Of a stretch of 25,229 nt of DNA, positions 1-7,655 are shown piece after piece. Both the position numbers and the translations under genes were made by a program. The notes under the pieces are model-generated. The model saw only the letters and a list, made by a program, of their open reading frames with translations, did not search any database and had not been told where the DNA came from. How positions within the stretch are numbered: the first letter of the stretch is position 1; every line of letters begins with the position of its first letter. Source of the DNA: Candidatus Saccharimonadales bacterium (GTDB taxonomy: Bacteria; Patescibacteriota; Saccharimonadia; Saccharimonadales; UBA4665); contig JBDSWU010000099.1 of assembly GCA_039926445.1 (NCBI GenBank), positions 1 through 25,229 of the forward strand, read 5' to 3'.

Positions 1-494
1 ATGACCTTTTCACTGCTGAAGTCGCCGTGAAAATTGACAACTGTAGCTATTTTGTCGACATCAGTCTCATCGGCCAGGATCTTATCGATAACCTGTAGCG
101 GATTGTCTACCGGCTTGTCGGAATCACGGCCGACTATCTGGCCCAGCAAACTGATAAAAAGTAGCTTGCCCCTGGGAGTTTGGATGTATTTGTAGCCCAG
201 TCCTGGCGTGCCAACCGGATAGTTTGCCGGACGGATGATGGGCTGATCTGGGTCGTTCATAGCTGCGTTAATTTCCGAACGAGCTAGGCTATGGTTACCG
301 GCAGTAAACGCATCAACTCCTGCAGCCTGAAGCCGACTCATGTCAGCGGGCGTGATTCCCTTGCCGTCGCTAACATTTTCGGCCTGCGCCAGTACAACAT
401 CTACCTGGTACTCGGCACGAAGCCCTGGCAGTAGCTGCTCGACTAGCTCAATGCCTGGTGTGGCCATGATATCGCCGACATATAGTATATTCAT
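1..494 (-). CDS. ymdB: YmdB-family (TIGR00282-type) metallophosphoesterase; 3' end runs off the window start
   Basis: Not in the ORF track. Manual translation from ATG at 494: MNILYVGDIMATPG...LAQAENVSDGKGIT...VDAFTAGNHS...IIRPANYP...VVNFHGDFSSEK. This has the GD, EN, GNH, RPANY and FH motifs of YmdB, and the gene lies downstream of rny as usual. Confidence 0.92.
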   Translation of the reverse strand, partial: MNILYVGDIMATPGIELVEQLLPGLRAEYQVDVVLAQAENVSDGKGITPADMSRLQAAGVDAFTAGNHSLARSEINAAMNDPDQPIIRPANYPVGTPGLGYKYIQTPRGKLLFISLLGQIVGRDSDKPVDNPLQVIDKILADETDVDKIATVVNFHGDFSSEKV

Positions 495-503
495 CTTCTA
501 ACT

Positions 504-767
504 CTACGCGAGGTGGCGCAGCTTCTCAAGCGCTCGACTGCGTTGTTGCTGCAAACGCAGCCACTGGGCATCTAGAGTTCGCTGCATGCGCGACAAGTCA
601 TGTATCTCGACGTCGTAGCGAAACCAGGTGATGGTGCCATCTTGTAATTGGCGCTTGAAATGATCACGCAGTTCGTTTAGCTTGCGCCGCACCATGTGTA
701 TGTCGGCAAATATATCTCGTATCTCCGCCAAGGCGGACTCCACTATTTCACGCGGCTCTTCGGTCAT
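504..767 (-). CDS. Hypothetical 87-aa helical/coiled-coil protein
   Basis: Fills the rny-ymdB gap in the same orientation. SD-like AGGAG 7 nt before the ATG, and an upstream extended -10 (TGgTAGCAT). Family not recognised. Confidence 0.7.
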   Translation of the reverse strand: MTEEPREIVESALAEIRDIFADIHMVRRKLNELRDHFKRQLQDGTITWFRYDVEIHDLSRMQRTLDAQWLRLQQQRSRALEKLRHLA

Positions 768-796
768 AGTCTGTCTCCTGTTTACGTGACAGATCT

Positions 797-805
797 ATGC
801 TACCA
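797..805 (-). promoter_or_regulatory. Putative extended -10 promoter for the 87-aa ORF
   Basis: Minus strand TGgTAGCAT (TGn-TAnnnT), about 30 nt upstream of the ATG at 767. Confidence 0.4.
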
Positions 806-845
806 AGTTATGCAGCGCGAATCATGAAAAAAAGCTTAAATGTGG

Positions 846-2354
846 CTATTTTGCAAATTCGATGGCGCGAGTTTCGCGGATGACGTTGACCTTGATTGTG
901 CCCGGGTACTGCATGGTCGACTCAATTTTGGTGGCGATATCACGGGCCAGCTTGATAGCGCTGAGGTCGTCAATCTGTTGAGGACGAACGAATACTCTAA
1001 CTTCACGCCCAGCGCTGATGGCGTAAGATTTCTCGATACCTGGGAAGCCATTTGCGACATTCTCCAGTTCACGCATGCGCTCGCCAAAGTTCTCGGCCGA
1101 AATATTGCGCGCGCCAGGTCGTGAAGCACTTATGGCATCTACAACCCGGATGATTAAGGCCTCGGTACTTGTGGCCTCAATGTCATCATGATGCTGTTCG
1201 GCCGCCAAAGCGACCTCTTCGGGAGCACCGTATTTGCGAAGCATCTCACCAGATATGTGGTGGTGCTTGCCTTCCATCTTGTGCGTCAGCGCTTTGCCAA
1301 GGTCGTGCACCAGCGCGGCGTACTTGGCAGTCTTGACGTTAGCTCCTAGCTCCTCAGCGATCATGCCAGCAATATGAGCCATCTCTGTAGAGTGTTTCAG
1401 AACGTTTTGCCCGTAGCTGGTTCGGTAACGCAGTTCACCTAGAAGTTGCAAAATTTCCTTGGGGATACCGATAATACCGACTTCTCGGGCGGCATCCTCA
1501 CCAGCCCGCATAACATCCTTCTCAACAGTTTTTTGGGCCTTTTCGACGATTTCTTCGATACGGCCTGGGTGAATGCGCCCATCCTTCATTAGCATTTCGA
1601 TGGCCTGGCGAGCCACCTCACGACGAACTGGGTCGAAGCTGCTAAGCACGACATATCCAGGCGTATCGTCGACCATGATGTCAACGCCAGTGGCCCGTTG
1701 CAAAGCCTGGATATTACGACCTTCCTTGCCAATAAGACGGCCCTTCATCTCCTCCTCGGCTAGCTTGACGCTGGTAATAGTACGCTCGGCAGTTACCTCC
1801 GATGCCATACGCTCCATGGCGCTGACAATGATTAGGCTGGCGGCCTCCTCGGCATTGTCCTTGGCCTCATTCTGAATCTTGTTGACCAAGCCTACGAGGT
1901 CGTTACGTATGTCACGTTCGGTCATCTGCATCAGTTTTTCGGCAGCATCTGCCTTGCTGAGGCTGGCGATCTTTTCGAGCTTGTCTTGCTGCTTGATACG
2001 AATGTCGCGTATTTCATTTTTAAGCCCTTCTACTTCATCTTCGGATTTGCGCAATTTTTCATTACGAGCATCCAGCTCATCGAGCTTCTTGAGTAATGCT
2101 TCCTCGCGCGTGATCAGACGCCGCTCTAAATCCTTGAGTTCATTGCGCTGCGATTGACCTTCTTTTTTGGATTCCTCTGCCGCCTTAAGCGCCTCTTCTC
2201 GGGCCGTTGCGATCATTTTGTCGGCTTCTTTTTTAGCTTTTTCGAGTTCTTTTTTGGCTTTTTCTTCGGCCGATCCCTGGCGTTGTTTAGTCACAACCAT
2301 GTTGCCACCAAACCCGACAATTAGCCCAACGATTGCGAGCAATACTGCTGTCAT
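846..2354 (-). CDS. rny: Ribonuclease Y
   Basis: N-terminal TM helix, long coiled coil, KH motif GRLIGKEGRNI, HD motif HDLGK, DAISASRPGAR and C-terminal YPGTIKVNVIRE. SD AAAGGA. Confidence 0.97.
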   Translation of the reverse strand: MTAVLLAIVGLIVGFGGNMVVTKQRQGSAEEKAKKELEKAKKEADKMIATAREEALKAAEESKKEGQSQRNELKDLERRLITREEALLKKLDELDARNEKLRKSEDEVEGLKNEIRDIRIKQQDKLEKIASLSKADAAEKLMQMTERDIRNDLVGLVNKIQNEAKDNAEEAASLIIVSAMERMASEVTAERTITSVKLAEEEMKGRLIGKEGRNIQALQRATGVDIMVDDTPGYVVLSSFDPVRREVARQAIEMLMKDGRIHPGRIEEIVEKAQKTVEKDVMRAGEDAAREVGIIGIPKEILQLLGELRYRTSYGQNVLKHSTEMAHIAGMIAEELGANVKTAKYAALVHDLGKALTHKMEGKHHHISGEMLRKYGAPEEVALAAEQHHDDIEATSTEALIIRVVDAISASRPGARNISAENFGERMRELENVANGFPGIEKSYAISAGREVRVFVRPQQIDDLSAIKLARDIATKIESTMQYPGTIKVNVIRETRAIEFAK

Positions 2355-2366
2355 ACAGCATCCTTT

Positions 2367-2477
2367 CTATAAGACAGATCGTCGACCAAACATCGCTATC
2401 ACTTCTCTAGCTTGCGAAGACGATCTGGAAATCAATAATATTTGGGCTCCGGTGGAAAATCTCACGCGTTGTCCCAT
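2367..2477 (-). CDS. Candidate 36-aa leaderless upstream ORF (leader peptide) of rny
   Basis: ATG 5 nt after the -10 TATAGT. Reads MGQRVRFSTGAQILLISRSSSQAREVIAMFGRRSVL-TAG, and the TAG abuts the rny SD AAAGGA. Confidence 0.35.
   Translation of the reverse strand: MGQRVRFSTGAQILLISRSSSQAREVIAMFGRRSVL
2375..2427 (-). promoter_or_regulatory. Stem-loop in the rny 5' leader
   Basis: Perfect 9-bp inverted repeat CAGATCGTC (2375-2383) / GACGATCTG (2419-2427), with a possible short bulged inner stem (TCGC..CTA / TAGCGA). Confidence 0.5.
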
Positions 2478-2482
2478 CTCAA

Positions 2483-2512
2483 ACTATACGCTGTCGGCAA
2501 TCTCTCGGTCAA
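2483..2512 (-). promoter_or_regulatory. sigma70-type promoter upstream of rny
   Basis: TTGACC (2512-2507), 18 nt, TATAGT (2488-2483). The -35 overlaps the sortase stop codon. Confidence 0.6.
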
Positions 2513-3528
2513 CTCTGCAGCACAGCGAAAACGACTGTTCGGTCCTCGTAATGCTGTGTTTTGCTGTCAAATTTACCACCGCAGGTTATGAGATTGAGAG
2601 CCTGTTTGCCAGGCTGTGCTGAAGTTAACAGCAATCCTACGTCCAACGAGTCAGCTGGATAGATCGCTGTTTTGACCACGCTATAGCTGAATACTTGGTT
2701 GTCACCACGCGTCACAGTTATTGTGTCGCCCTCGGTAAGCTTCTTGATGTCGACAAAAACCCCGGGTAGACTCGGCCCATGGACATGCCCGTCAATCAAC
2801 ATGGCGCCACTGCCGGGCCCGTCTCCGGGCTTTGCACTGGCGTTGTACCATCCGGTGTCGTGTATGTTCGACGGGGTACCGAGTGCGTTACTGGTCGTTA
2901 CGCCCACCGGGCGAACCCGAGCGTTGACGCCGATCTTGGAGATCTGAATTAGCTTAGGCAAATCCGGAGCTGTGTTGTATGTAGAGGTCGAACCGCTTGG
3001 CTTGGTCTCGCTGGGAACGGCATCATCAGACTCGCCGCTACTCGTATCTGCCTTGCTAGAAAGCGCCGAGACCTGAGTTTTGGTATCATGATTGGCTTGC
3101 AAGGTTTCGATATTGACCAGCAGCCCTAGCCCAAAAACTAAGGCTGCCATAGACACTAAAACTATCTGAGCCTTGGAGCGACGGCGTCTGGCCGGTTTTT
3201 CGGTCGAGGACTGTGTAGCAGGCACGGCAGTACGTCGTGCCAGCACCCGTGACTGCTGAAGCTTAGGACGCGCGGGGCTGGCGTATGGCTGGGCTGACAG
3301 GACTGAAATTGACTGAGGAACCGTTGCTACTACCAATCTTGGCATCTGCAAAGGCGTTGCAGGAGTCTGAGACAACATGCCGTCCATTGTACGAGGCCGC
3401 ATCGACTGACCAGGAGTTGCGTAGGCAGGAGCTGTGGACGCCCGCAGCGGACGCTCAGTGTAATCCTGAAGCGTCACTCGGCGGCGGGCTGTTGGCCGCG
3501 GCGGCCGCGGCGGTGTTTTGAAGTCCAT
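2509..3528 (-). CDS. Sortase, class F-like, with a long Pro/Arg-rich N-terminal extension
   Basis: TM segment IVLVSMAALVFGLGLLV followed by a sortase fold with the His-Cys-Arg triad: IDGHVHG, LNLITCGG, EDRTVV. The GWY and LTEGDTITV segments are typical of class F. Confidence 0.88.
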   Translation of the reverse strand: MDFKTPPRPPRPTARRRVTLQDYTERPLRASTAPAYATPGQSMRPRTMDGMLSQTPATPLQMPRLVVATVPQSISVLSAQPYASPARPKLQQSRVLARRTAVPATQSSTEKPARRRRSKAQIVLVSMAALVFGLGLLVNIETLQANHDTKTQVSALSSKADTSSGESDDAVPSETKPSGSTSTYNTAPDLPKLIQISKIGVNARVRPVGVTTSNALGTPSNIHDTGWYNASAKPGDGPGSGAMLIDGHVHGPSLPGVFVDIKKLTEGDTITVTRGDNQVFSYSVVKTAIYPADSLDVGLLLTSAQPGKQALNLITCGGKFDSKTQHYEDRTVVFAVLQS

Positions 3529-3564
3529 ACTCGTGCTCTCTTTGTTTTTGGGATGCTAGGTGTA

Positions 3565-5217
3565 CTAGCGTCGAACGGTTCGGCTGCGGCGTGAGGCTGC
3601 AAATAGCAGTCCAGCGGCAGTCATAGACGTAAACAGTGAAGCCATGGGGTGAGCAGCGACCAGCTTGATACCGGTGTTAGGCGCTGCTGGCAACTTGCTA
3701 GCGTCAACTGCTGTAACCGTCAAAATTACATCGTTGCCACCATCGCCACCTTTGTACGTGACACTGTAGGTTACACCGTCATTGGTGTAGGTGCCACCGT
3801 CGGCAATACCTGTGAATTCACCTGTAATTGCATCTGTTCCGTCATTTTCTATGATGGTGTACGCTTGGCCAACCGCTGGCACGAAGCCATTGTAAAGCGT
3901 AGCGGAGAGCGTTGAACCTGTCAGGTCAACGGTGCCAGTGACTTTTAGTTGGTCGTAGCCATCGCAGGCTACGGTGCCACCGACGTCAACCTTGTATGTG
4001 CCAGATATCACAATATCGCCGGTGCTAGTGATGCAGCCTGGGCTGTGACCTGGTGAAACAGTAGACCCAGTTGCTGCATAAAGCCCCGCGACCTGGCCTG
4101 TTCCCTCTAGAGAAGCTCCCTTCGCCAGGTTGACATTGCCGGCTTTGCCATCAACTACTAACGTTTCGTTTGCATATACACTAAAGTCGGTGCTCGACTG
4201 ATCGTCACTAACAACTGTCTTTTTCTCGGGGTTAACCTGCGGGCCGGAGGTTGAGCTTGACGTGTTAGAGCTTGGGCTGAAAGTAATGCTGCCATCGCTG
4301 TAAGGCGCGTTGGTCAGTACGAAACTTGGTCCAGCTAGTGATCCAGTAAAGTTAACTGTCGACTTATCGGACGCCAGGAAGTATGCGTCAGCTGTCAGTG
4401 TCACAGGACTACTGACCGCCCACGTAGTTGGCTGAAGCGTACAACCGTAGCCAGGAGTATCGCAAGTGGCAAAGAAATTGACTTGGGGCTTGGCGGTTCC
4501 GCTACCACCACCGAGTGATAAAGCCGCACTTACTGTTGGGCTAGTGGTAGTGGCTTCATACGATAGAGTGCCGCCTTTTTGTACAGCAATCGAGCTGGTG
4601 GTGACAGCTGGATTGAGGCTGACAGACTGCTGATCACCGATTGTGAGCGTGCCACTAATACTGCCCGCTCCTTTTATTGTTAAGCCACTGTACAGGCCGT
4701 TTAGGGTTACATTTCCCGCAATATTAGCTGTAACGACAGAAACGGTTAAGCCGCTGCCTATCGTTAAGTCCCCTAGAGCTGTCAGGGTGCTGGTATCAGA
4801 AAAAGTTAGGTAGCTATCAGCTGTTCCTGTGCCGGTATATTGCAGGAGCGCACCTGCTGCTAGCTTGGCGCTAGGTAATGTGTAGTAGGTGTAGTTAGTA
4901 GTGGCGGTTTTGACGACACTGATTCCAGCAAGTTCCACAGCCGAGTCAAGATCATTGACCAAGATGACTGAAGTAGAGGTTGCTGGGGCAACAGGTGTTA
5001 GGGCCCCGAAAGAAATAACGTCGCCGGTAACTGGGACACCGCTACTACAGTTTGTCCAGTTGCTGGCGTTGTTCATGCTGAAGTCACCGCCGCCACCCGA
5101 CCATGAACAGACGTCCGAACCGGGTGCAGCCTGGACAATCGGCATGCTTATTGATAATAGCGAACTTAGCGTTAGCACCAGACTGGCTCCAAGGCGCGGT
5201 AATTGTCGTAGCTTCAT
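3565..5217 (-). CDS. Secreted Ser/Thr/Gly-rich beta-helix (autotransporter-passenger-like) surface protein with C-terminal APNTG + hydrophobic segment + basic tail
   Basis: Signal peptide ending VQA-A. Passenger-like segments WSGGGGDFSMNNASNW, VSPGHSPGCIT and YDQLKVTGTVDL. C-terminus LPAAPNTG-IKLVAAHPMASLFTSMTAAGLLFAA-SRRSRTVRR. No beta-barrel. SD AAAGGA. Confidence 0.8.
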   Translation of the reverse strand: MKLRQLPRLGASLVLTLSSLLSISMPIVQAAPGSDVCSWSGGGGDFSMNNASNWTNCSSGVPVTGDVISFGALTPVAPATSTSVILVNDLDSAVELAGISVVKTATTNYTYYTLPSAKLAAGALLQYTGTGTADSYLTFSDTSTLTALGDLTIGSGLTVSVVTANIAGNVTLNGLYSGLTIKGAGSISGTLTIGDQQSVSLNPAVTTSSIAVQKGGTLSYEATTTSPTVSAALSLGGGSGTAKPQVNFFATCDTPGYGCTLQPTTWAVSSPVTLTADAYFLASDKSTVNFTGSLAGPSFVLTNAPYSDGSITFSPSSNTSSSTSGPQVNPEKKTVVSDDQSSTDFSVYANETLVVDGKAGNVNLAKGASLEGTGQVAGLYAATGSTVSPGHSPGCITSTGDIVISGTYKVDVGGTVACDGYDQLKVTGTVDLTGSTLSATLYNGFVPAVGQAYTIIENDGTDAITGEFTGIADGGTYTNDGVTYSVTYKGGDGGNDVILTVTAVDASKLPAAPNTGIKLVAAHPMASLFTSMTAAGLLFAASRRSRTVRR

Positions 5218-5259
5218 GAGTATCCTTTGTTATTTTTGTGTTGAAGTTTTGTAGTTATA

Positions 5260-5287
5260 ACTATAGTTTAATCATAACCGTTGTCAA
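5260..5287 (-). promoter_or_regulatory. sigma70 promoter for the surface protein-sortase pair
   Basis: TTGACA (5287-5282), 16 nt, TATAGT (5265-5260). Confidence 0.7.
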
Positions 5288-5312
5288 ATTACTGTCGCTG
5301 ATCTGTGTATAA

Positions 5313-5705
5313 CTATCGGCGAGGCGCGGTGATGTTGGGCAACGAGCCGTACTCTGGAGTAACCTGCCTGGCGCTCGACCCGTCAGCGAGTTGAGCCATG
5401 CCAGTTTCTAGCCAATCATCGCCGGTGGTGGCGACTATTGGAATGTCCAGCGACGTAGCCAACGCATTGGCTACTGTAATGCCGATACGAAGGCCTGTGA
5501 AACTTCCCGGTCCCGCATAGATTGCTACTGCCTGAAGATCTGCTAGTCCAAGACTGTGCGCTTCAAGTACTTCTTTAATCTTCAGGTGGATTGTTTCGGC
5601 CAGCTCACGATGCGCTTCCCAGTGTTGATAGGACAGCTGATTTGCGTCGTCGTATAGACCAATCTCGGCTTCCGGCTTGTCGGTTCTGAGTGTCAGACAG
5701 ATCAT
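5313..5705 (-). CDS. tsaB: t6A biosynthesis protein TsaB (short, 130 aa)
   Basis: GPGSFTGLRIG motif. Start overlaps the tsaE stop (ATGA). Confidence 0.9.
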   Translation of the reverse strand: MICLTLRTDKPEAEIGLYDDANQLSYQHWEAHRELAETIHLKIKEVLEAHSLGLADLQAVAIYAGPGSFTGLRIGITVANALATSLDIPIVATTGDDWLETGMAQLADGSSARQVTPEYGSLPNITAPRR

Positions 5706-6169
5706 GACAGGTTGCTCGTTAGGTAACTCAGCTGCTTCGGAGTGTCAATTCGATACGTACGACTCACCTCCCCGGTGGCAGTGATGCTTATACTGACTCG
5801 TTCAACTGGCAGCACGTCCTCGACTATATTGGCCCACTCCACGACTACAACAGCTGACGGATCTGTCAAGACTTCTGCCAACTCTTCTCGCATTATGCCC
5901 GGTTCGGCCAATCTATAAAAATCAAAATGATAGATCATCAGCTTATCCCCCCGGTATTGGTTCATTAGAGTAAAACTCGGGCTACTGACTCGGTCAGTAC
6001 TGCCGATTCCGCTGGCCAGCCCGCGAGTGAAAGTTGTTTTGCCACCACCCAGGTCACTGACCAGTTCGATCACCTCGCCACCACGCAAATTTTGACCAAT
6101 ACTTTGAGCCAGCGCTAAGCTGCTGTCGACGTCGACGCAAGTAGTTTCCCAAGTCTGTTCGGTACTCAT
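5702..6169 (-). CDS. tsaE: t6A biosynthesis ATPase TsaE
   Basis: GEVIELVSDLGGGKTTF (Walker A), VSSPSFTL, YHFDFYRL, VVVEWA. Start placed at ATG 6169 (MSTEQTW) rather than the track's 6208. Confidence 0.93.
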   Translation of the reverse strand: MSTEQTWETTCVDVDSSLALAQSIGQNLRGGEVIELVSDLGGGKTTFTRGLASGIGSTDRVSSPSFTLMNQYRGDKLMIYHFDFYRLAEPGIMREELAEVLTDPSAVVVVEWANIVEDVLPVERVSISITATGEVSRTYRIDTPKQLSYLTSNLS

Positions 6170-7511
6170 ATAGAGCGTATAGTAGCGCGACCGACGCAAC
6201 GAGAGCAAGCGCTAGCGGATGAATCGGCACCCTAGCTAGTGCCGCTTGGGCAAAATTACCGCTGTAAGCGGGCTTGGCTGTCGCCTGCTTCTTGACGGCG
6301 GCAGGTTTGGTCGCAGTAGTCTTCTTTTTGCTGCTGACAGTCGTCGACTTGGTGGCTTTGACAGGTGGCGCCTTTATAATATTGGCTGCTCCGGGTGTTG
6401 GCTGCGTCGACCAGTACCATTTGCCCTTGGCGTAGGCCCAAGCCTGGCCATCGGCGGCCGCAGCGTAAGCCTGACTGGTCGCTATGCTATTCCCAAAGGG
6501 GTCGAGTAGCGTCGCCTGACTTCCGCTATTGCTGAGCGTCAGCTTGGTGGTGACTGAATAGAACGTTGTGAAGCTCTTGGCGGGGAGCTGTGTTCCTGCG
6601 GTAAAGGCGTAGTCATGTGTGGTCGACAGCCCTGTTTGTAACCTAAATCCAGTCAAATCAAATGGCTTATCGTTGGCATTGTATAGCTCTATAAATTCGT
6701 CAGTCGAGTCGTTGCCGGTGCCGCTGGGATTAGGCAACAGCTCAGTGATTTGTGGTGCCATTAGACCAATATCGCCGGGCGGCAACAGCGGTCCGATAGT
6801 ATTAGCTGCCGCCTCGGCAACAATTGTTGCTGGCGGCTCAGACGCCGGCAATAGCTGGCTGGGGCCGCCTAACTCCTCGACTGTGTTTGTGCTGGACGCA
6901 GCGACAATGCTGCAAGGGTTAGACGGATCGGGTTTTACAGCCTGCCAGCCGCCCCCACCAGGTAACATTGGCGACGATTTGTCAGTTACGTCTCTTTGCA
7001 AAAACGCTGACGCATCCGTCGGTAGGGTTTGAGCACCGACGGCGCCCGACTTCGACCAACCGACGTAGTCCTGGAGGTTGGTTGTGACACCGCCTCCGGG
7101 TGCGGATTGCGAAAGACCTAGCACTTCTATGAATCCGGCTGTACTGGAAAAGCCAAGTGATACCGAACTAACTGTCAGTTGGTAACACAGCAGCAAACTA
7201 TCGTCATTGATCATATAGTAACCATGTGGCGGCAACTTGCCGGTGAGACTGATCAGCTTGCTACTCGTTGCTTTGCTGAGGTCAAAGCTATTGAAGTACT
7301 CGAGCTGATAGTTGCTCATATCCAGCGTCGTGTTCGTCGAATTGTACAGCATCACAAACTGGCCATTACTGCTCGTAATCTTGAGCTGGCTGATAGTGAG
7401 GGAGGGCACAGCAGTAGTCTCAGCCTGTGCTGGGACAAGCCCGGCACACCCTGTCATGACTAGCAGTAAAGCCAGTAGTGTTGCATGTATTATTCGATTA
7501 TTCCGCCACAT
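6054..7511 (-). CDS. Membrane-anchored secreted protein with two lamin-tail-like (LTD) domains
   Basis: Signal-like N-terminus. LTD-like repeats LTISQL..QFVMLYN...LDMSNYQL and QITELLPNP...DEFIELYN...DLTGFRL. Lys/Thr/Ala linker, then a C-terminal TM (LALALVASVALLYALY) and a basic tail. Confidence 0.82.
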   Translation of the reverse strand: MWRNNRIIHATLLALLLVMTGCAGLVPAQAETTAVPSLTISQLKITSSNGQFVMLYNSTNTTLDMSNYQLEYFNSFDLSKATSSKLISLTGKLPPHGYYMINDDSLLLCYQLTVSSVSLGFSSTAGFIEVLGLSQSAPGGGVTTNLQDYVGWSKSGAVGAQTLPTDASAFLQRDVTDKSSPMLPGGGGWQAVKPDPSNPCSIVAASSTNTVEELGGPSQLLPASEPPATIVAEAAANTIGPLLPPGDIGLMAPQITELLPNPSGTGNDSTDEFIELYNANDKPFDLTGFRLQTGLSTTHDYAFTAGTQLPAKSFTTFYSVTTKLTLSNSGSQATLLDPFGNSIATSQAYAAAADGQAWAYAKGKWYWSTQPTPGAANIIKAPPVKATKSTTVSSKKKTTATKPAAVKKQATAKPAYSGNFAQAALARVPIHPLALALVASVALLYALYEYRTDLGNYLRRRRQQLSAGSKYWSKFAWWRGDRTGQ

Positions 7512-7521
7512 AGTAGCCAGG

Positions 7522-7550
7522 ATTGTAGGACGGCGTCATGACAACGCCAA
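7522..7550 (-). promoter_or_regulatory. Putative promoter of the LTD gene (near-leaderless)
   Basis: TTGGCG (7550-7545), 17 nt, TACAAT (7527-7522), 10 nt before the ATG at 7511. No SD. Confidence 0.5.
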
Positions 7551-7574
7551 GCAGTAGCTCAATGAAAATTGGTC

Positions 7575-7597
7575 AAATCTTAACTTATTTAAGATTT
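7575..7597. repeat. Perfect 9-bp inverted repeat in the divergent LTD/PRC intergenic region
   Basis: AAATCTTAA-cttat-TTAAGATTT. Confidence 0.65.
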
Positions 7598-7655
7598 ACC
7601 CTTAAACTCGGCAACCCTACCATGGATTTTGCCTGCCAGGCGCTATACTAGACTC

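Noticed and set aside
2355-2512. 6S RNA upstream of rny (a known neighbourhood in some phyla)
   Set aside because: Only about 115 nt lie between the predicted TSS and the SD, and I see no long closing stem with a central bubble. A covariance-model search would be needed to exclude it fully.
836-2622. Several alternative-frame and antisense ORFs over rny (836-1129, 840-1124, 1573-1875, 1879-2157, 2167-2622)
   Set aside because: They overlap a highly conserved gene and show no recognisable motifs or initiation signals.
6170-6208. Longer tsaE start given in the ORF track (MLSLRRSRYYTLY extension)
   Set aside because: A TTG-type start with no SD inside the TM-coding part of the LTD gene. ATG 6169 gives a normal TsaE length.
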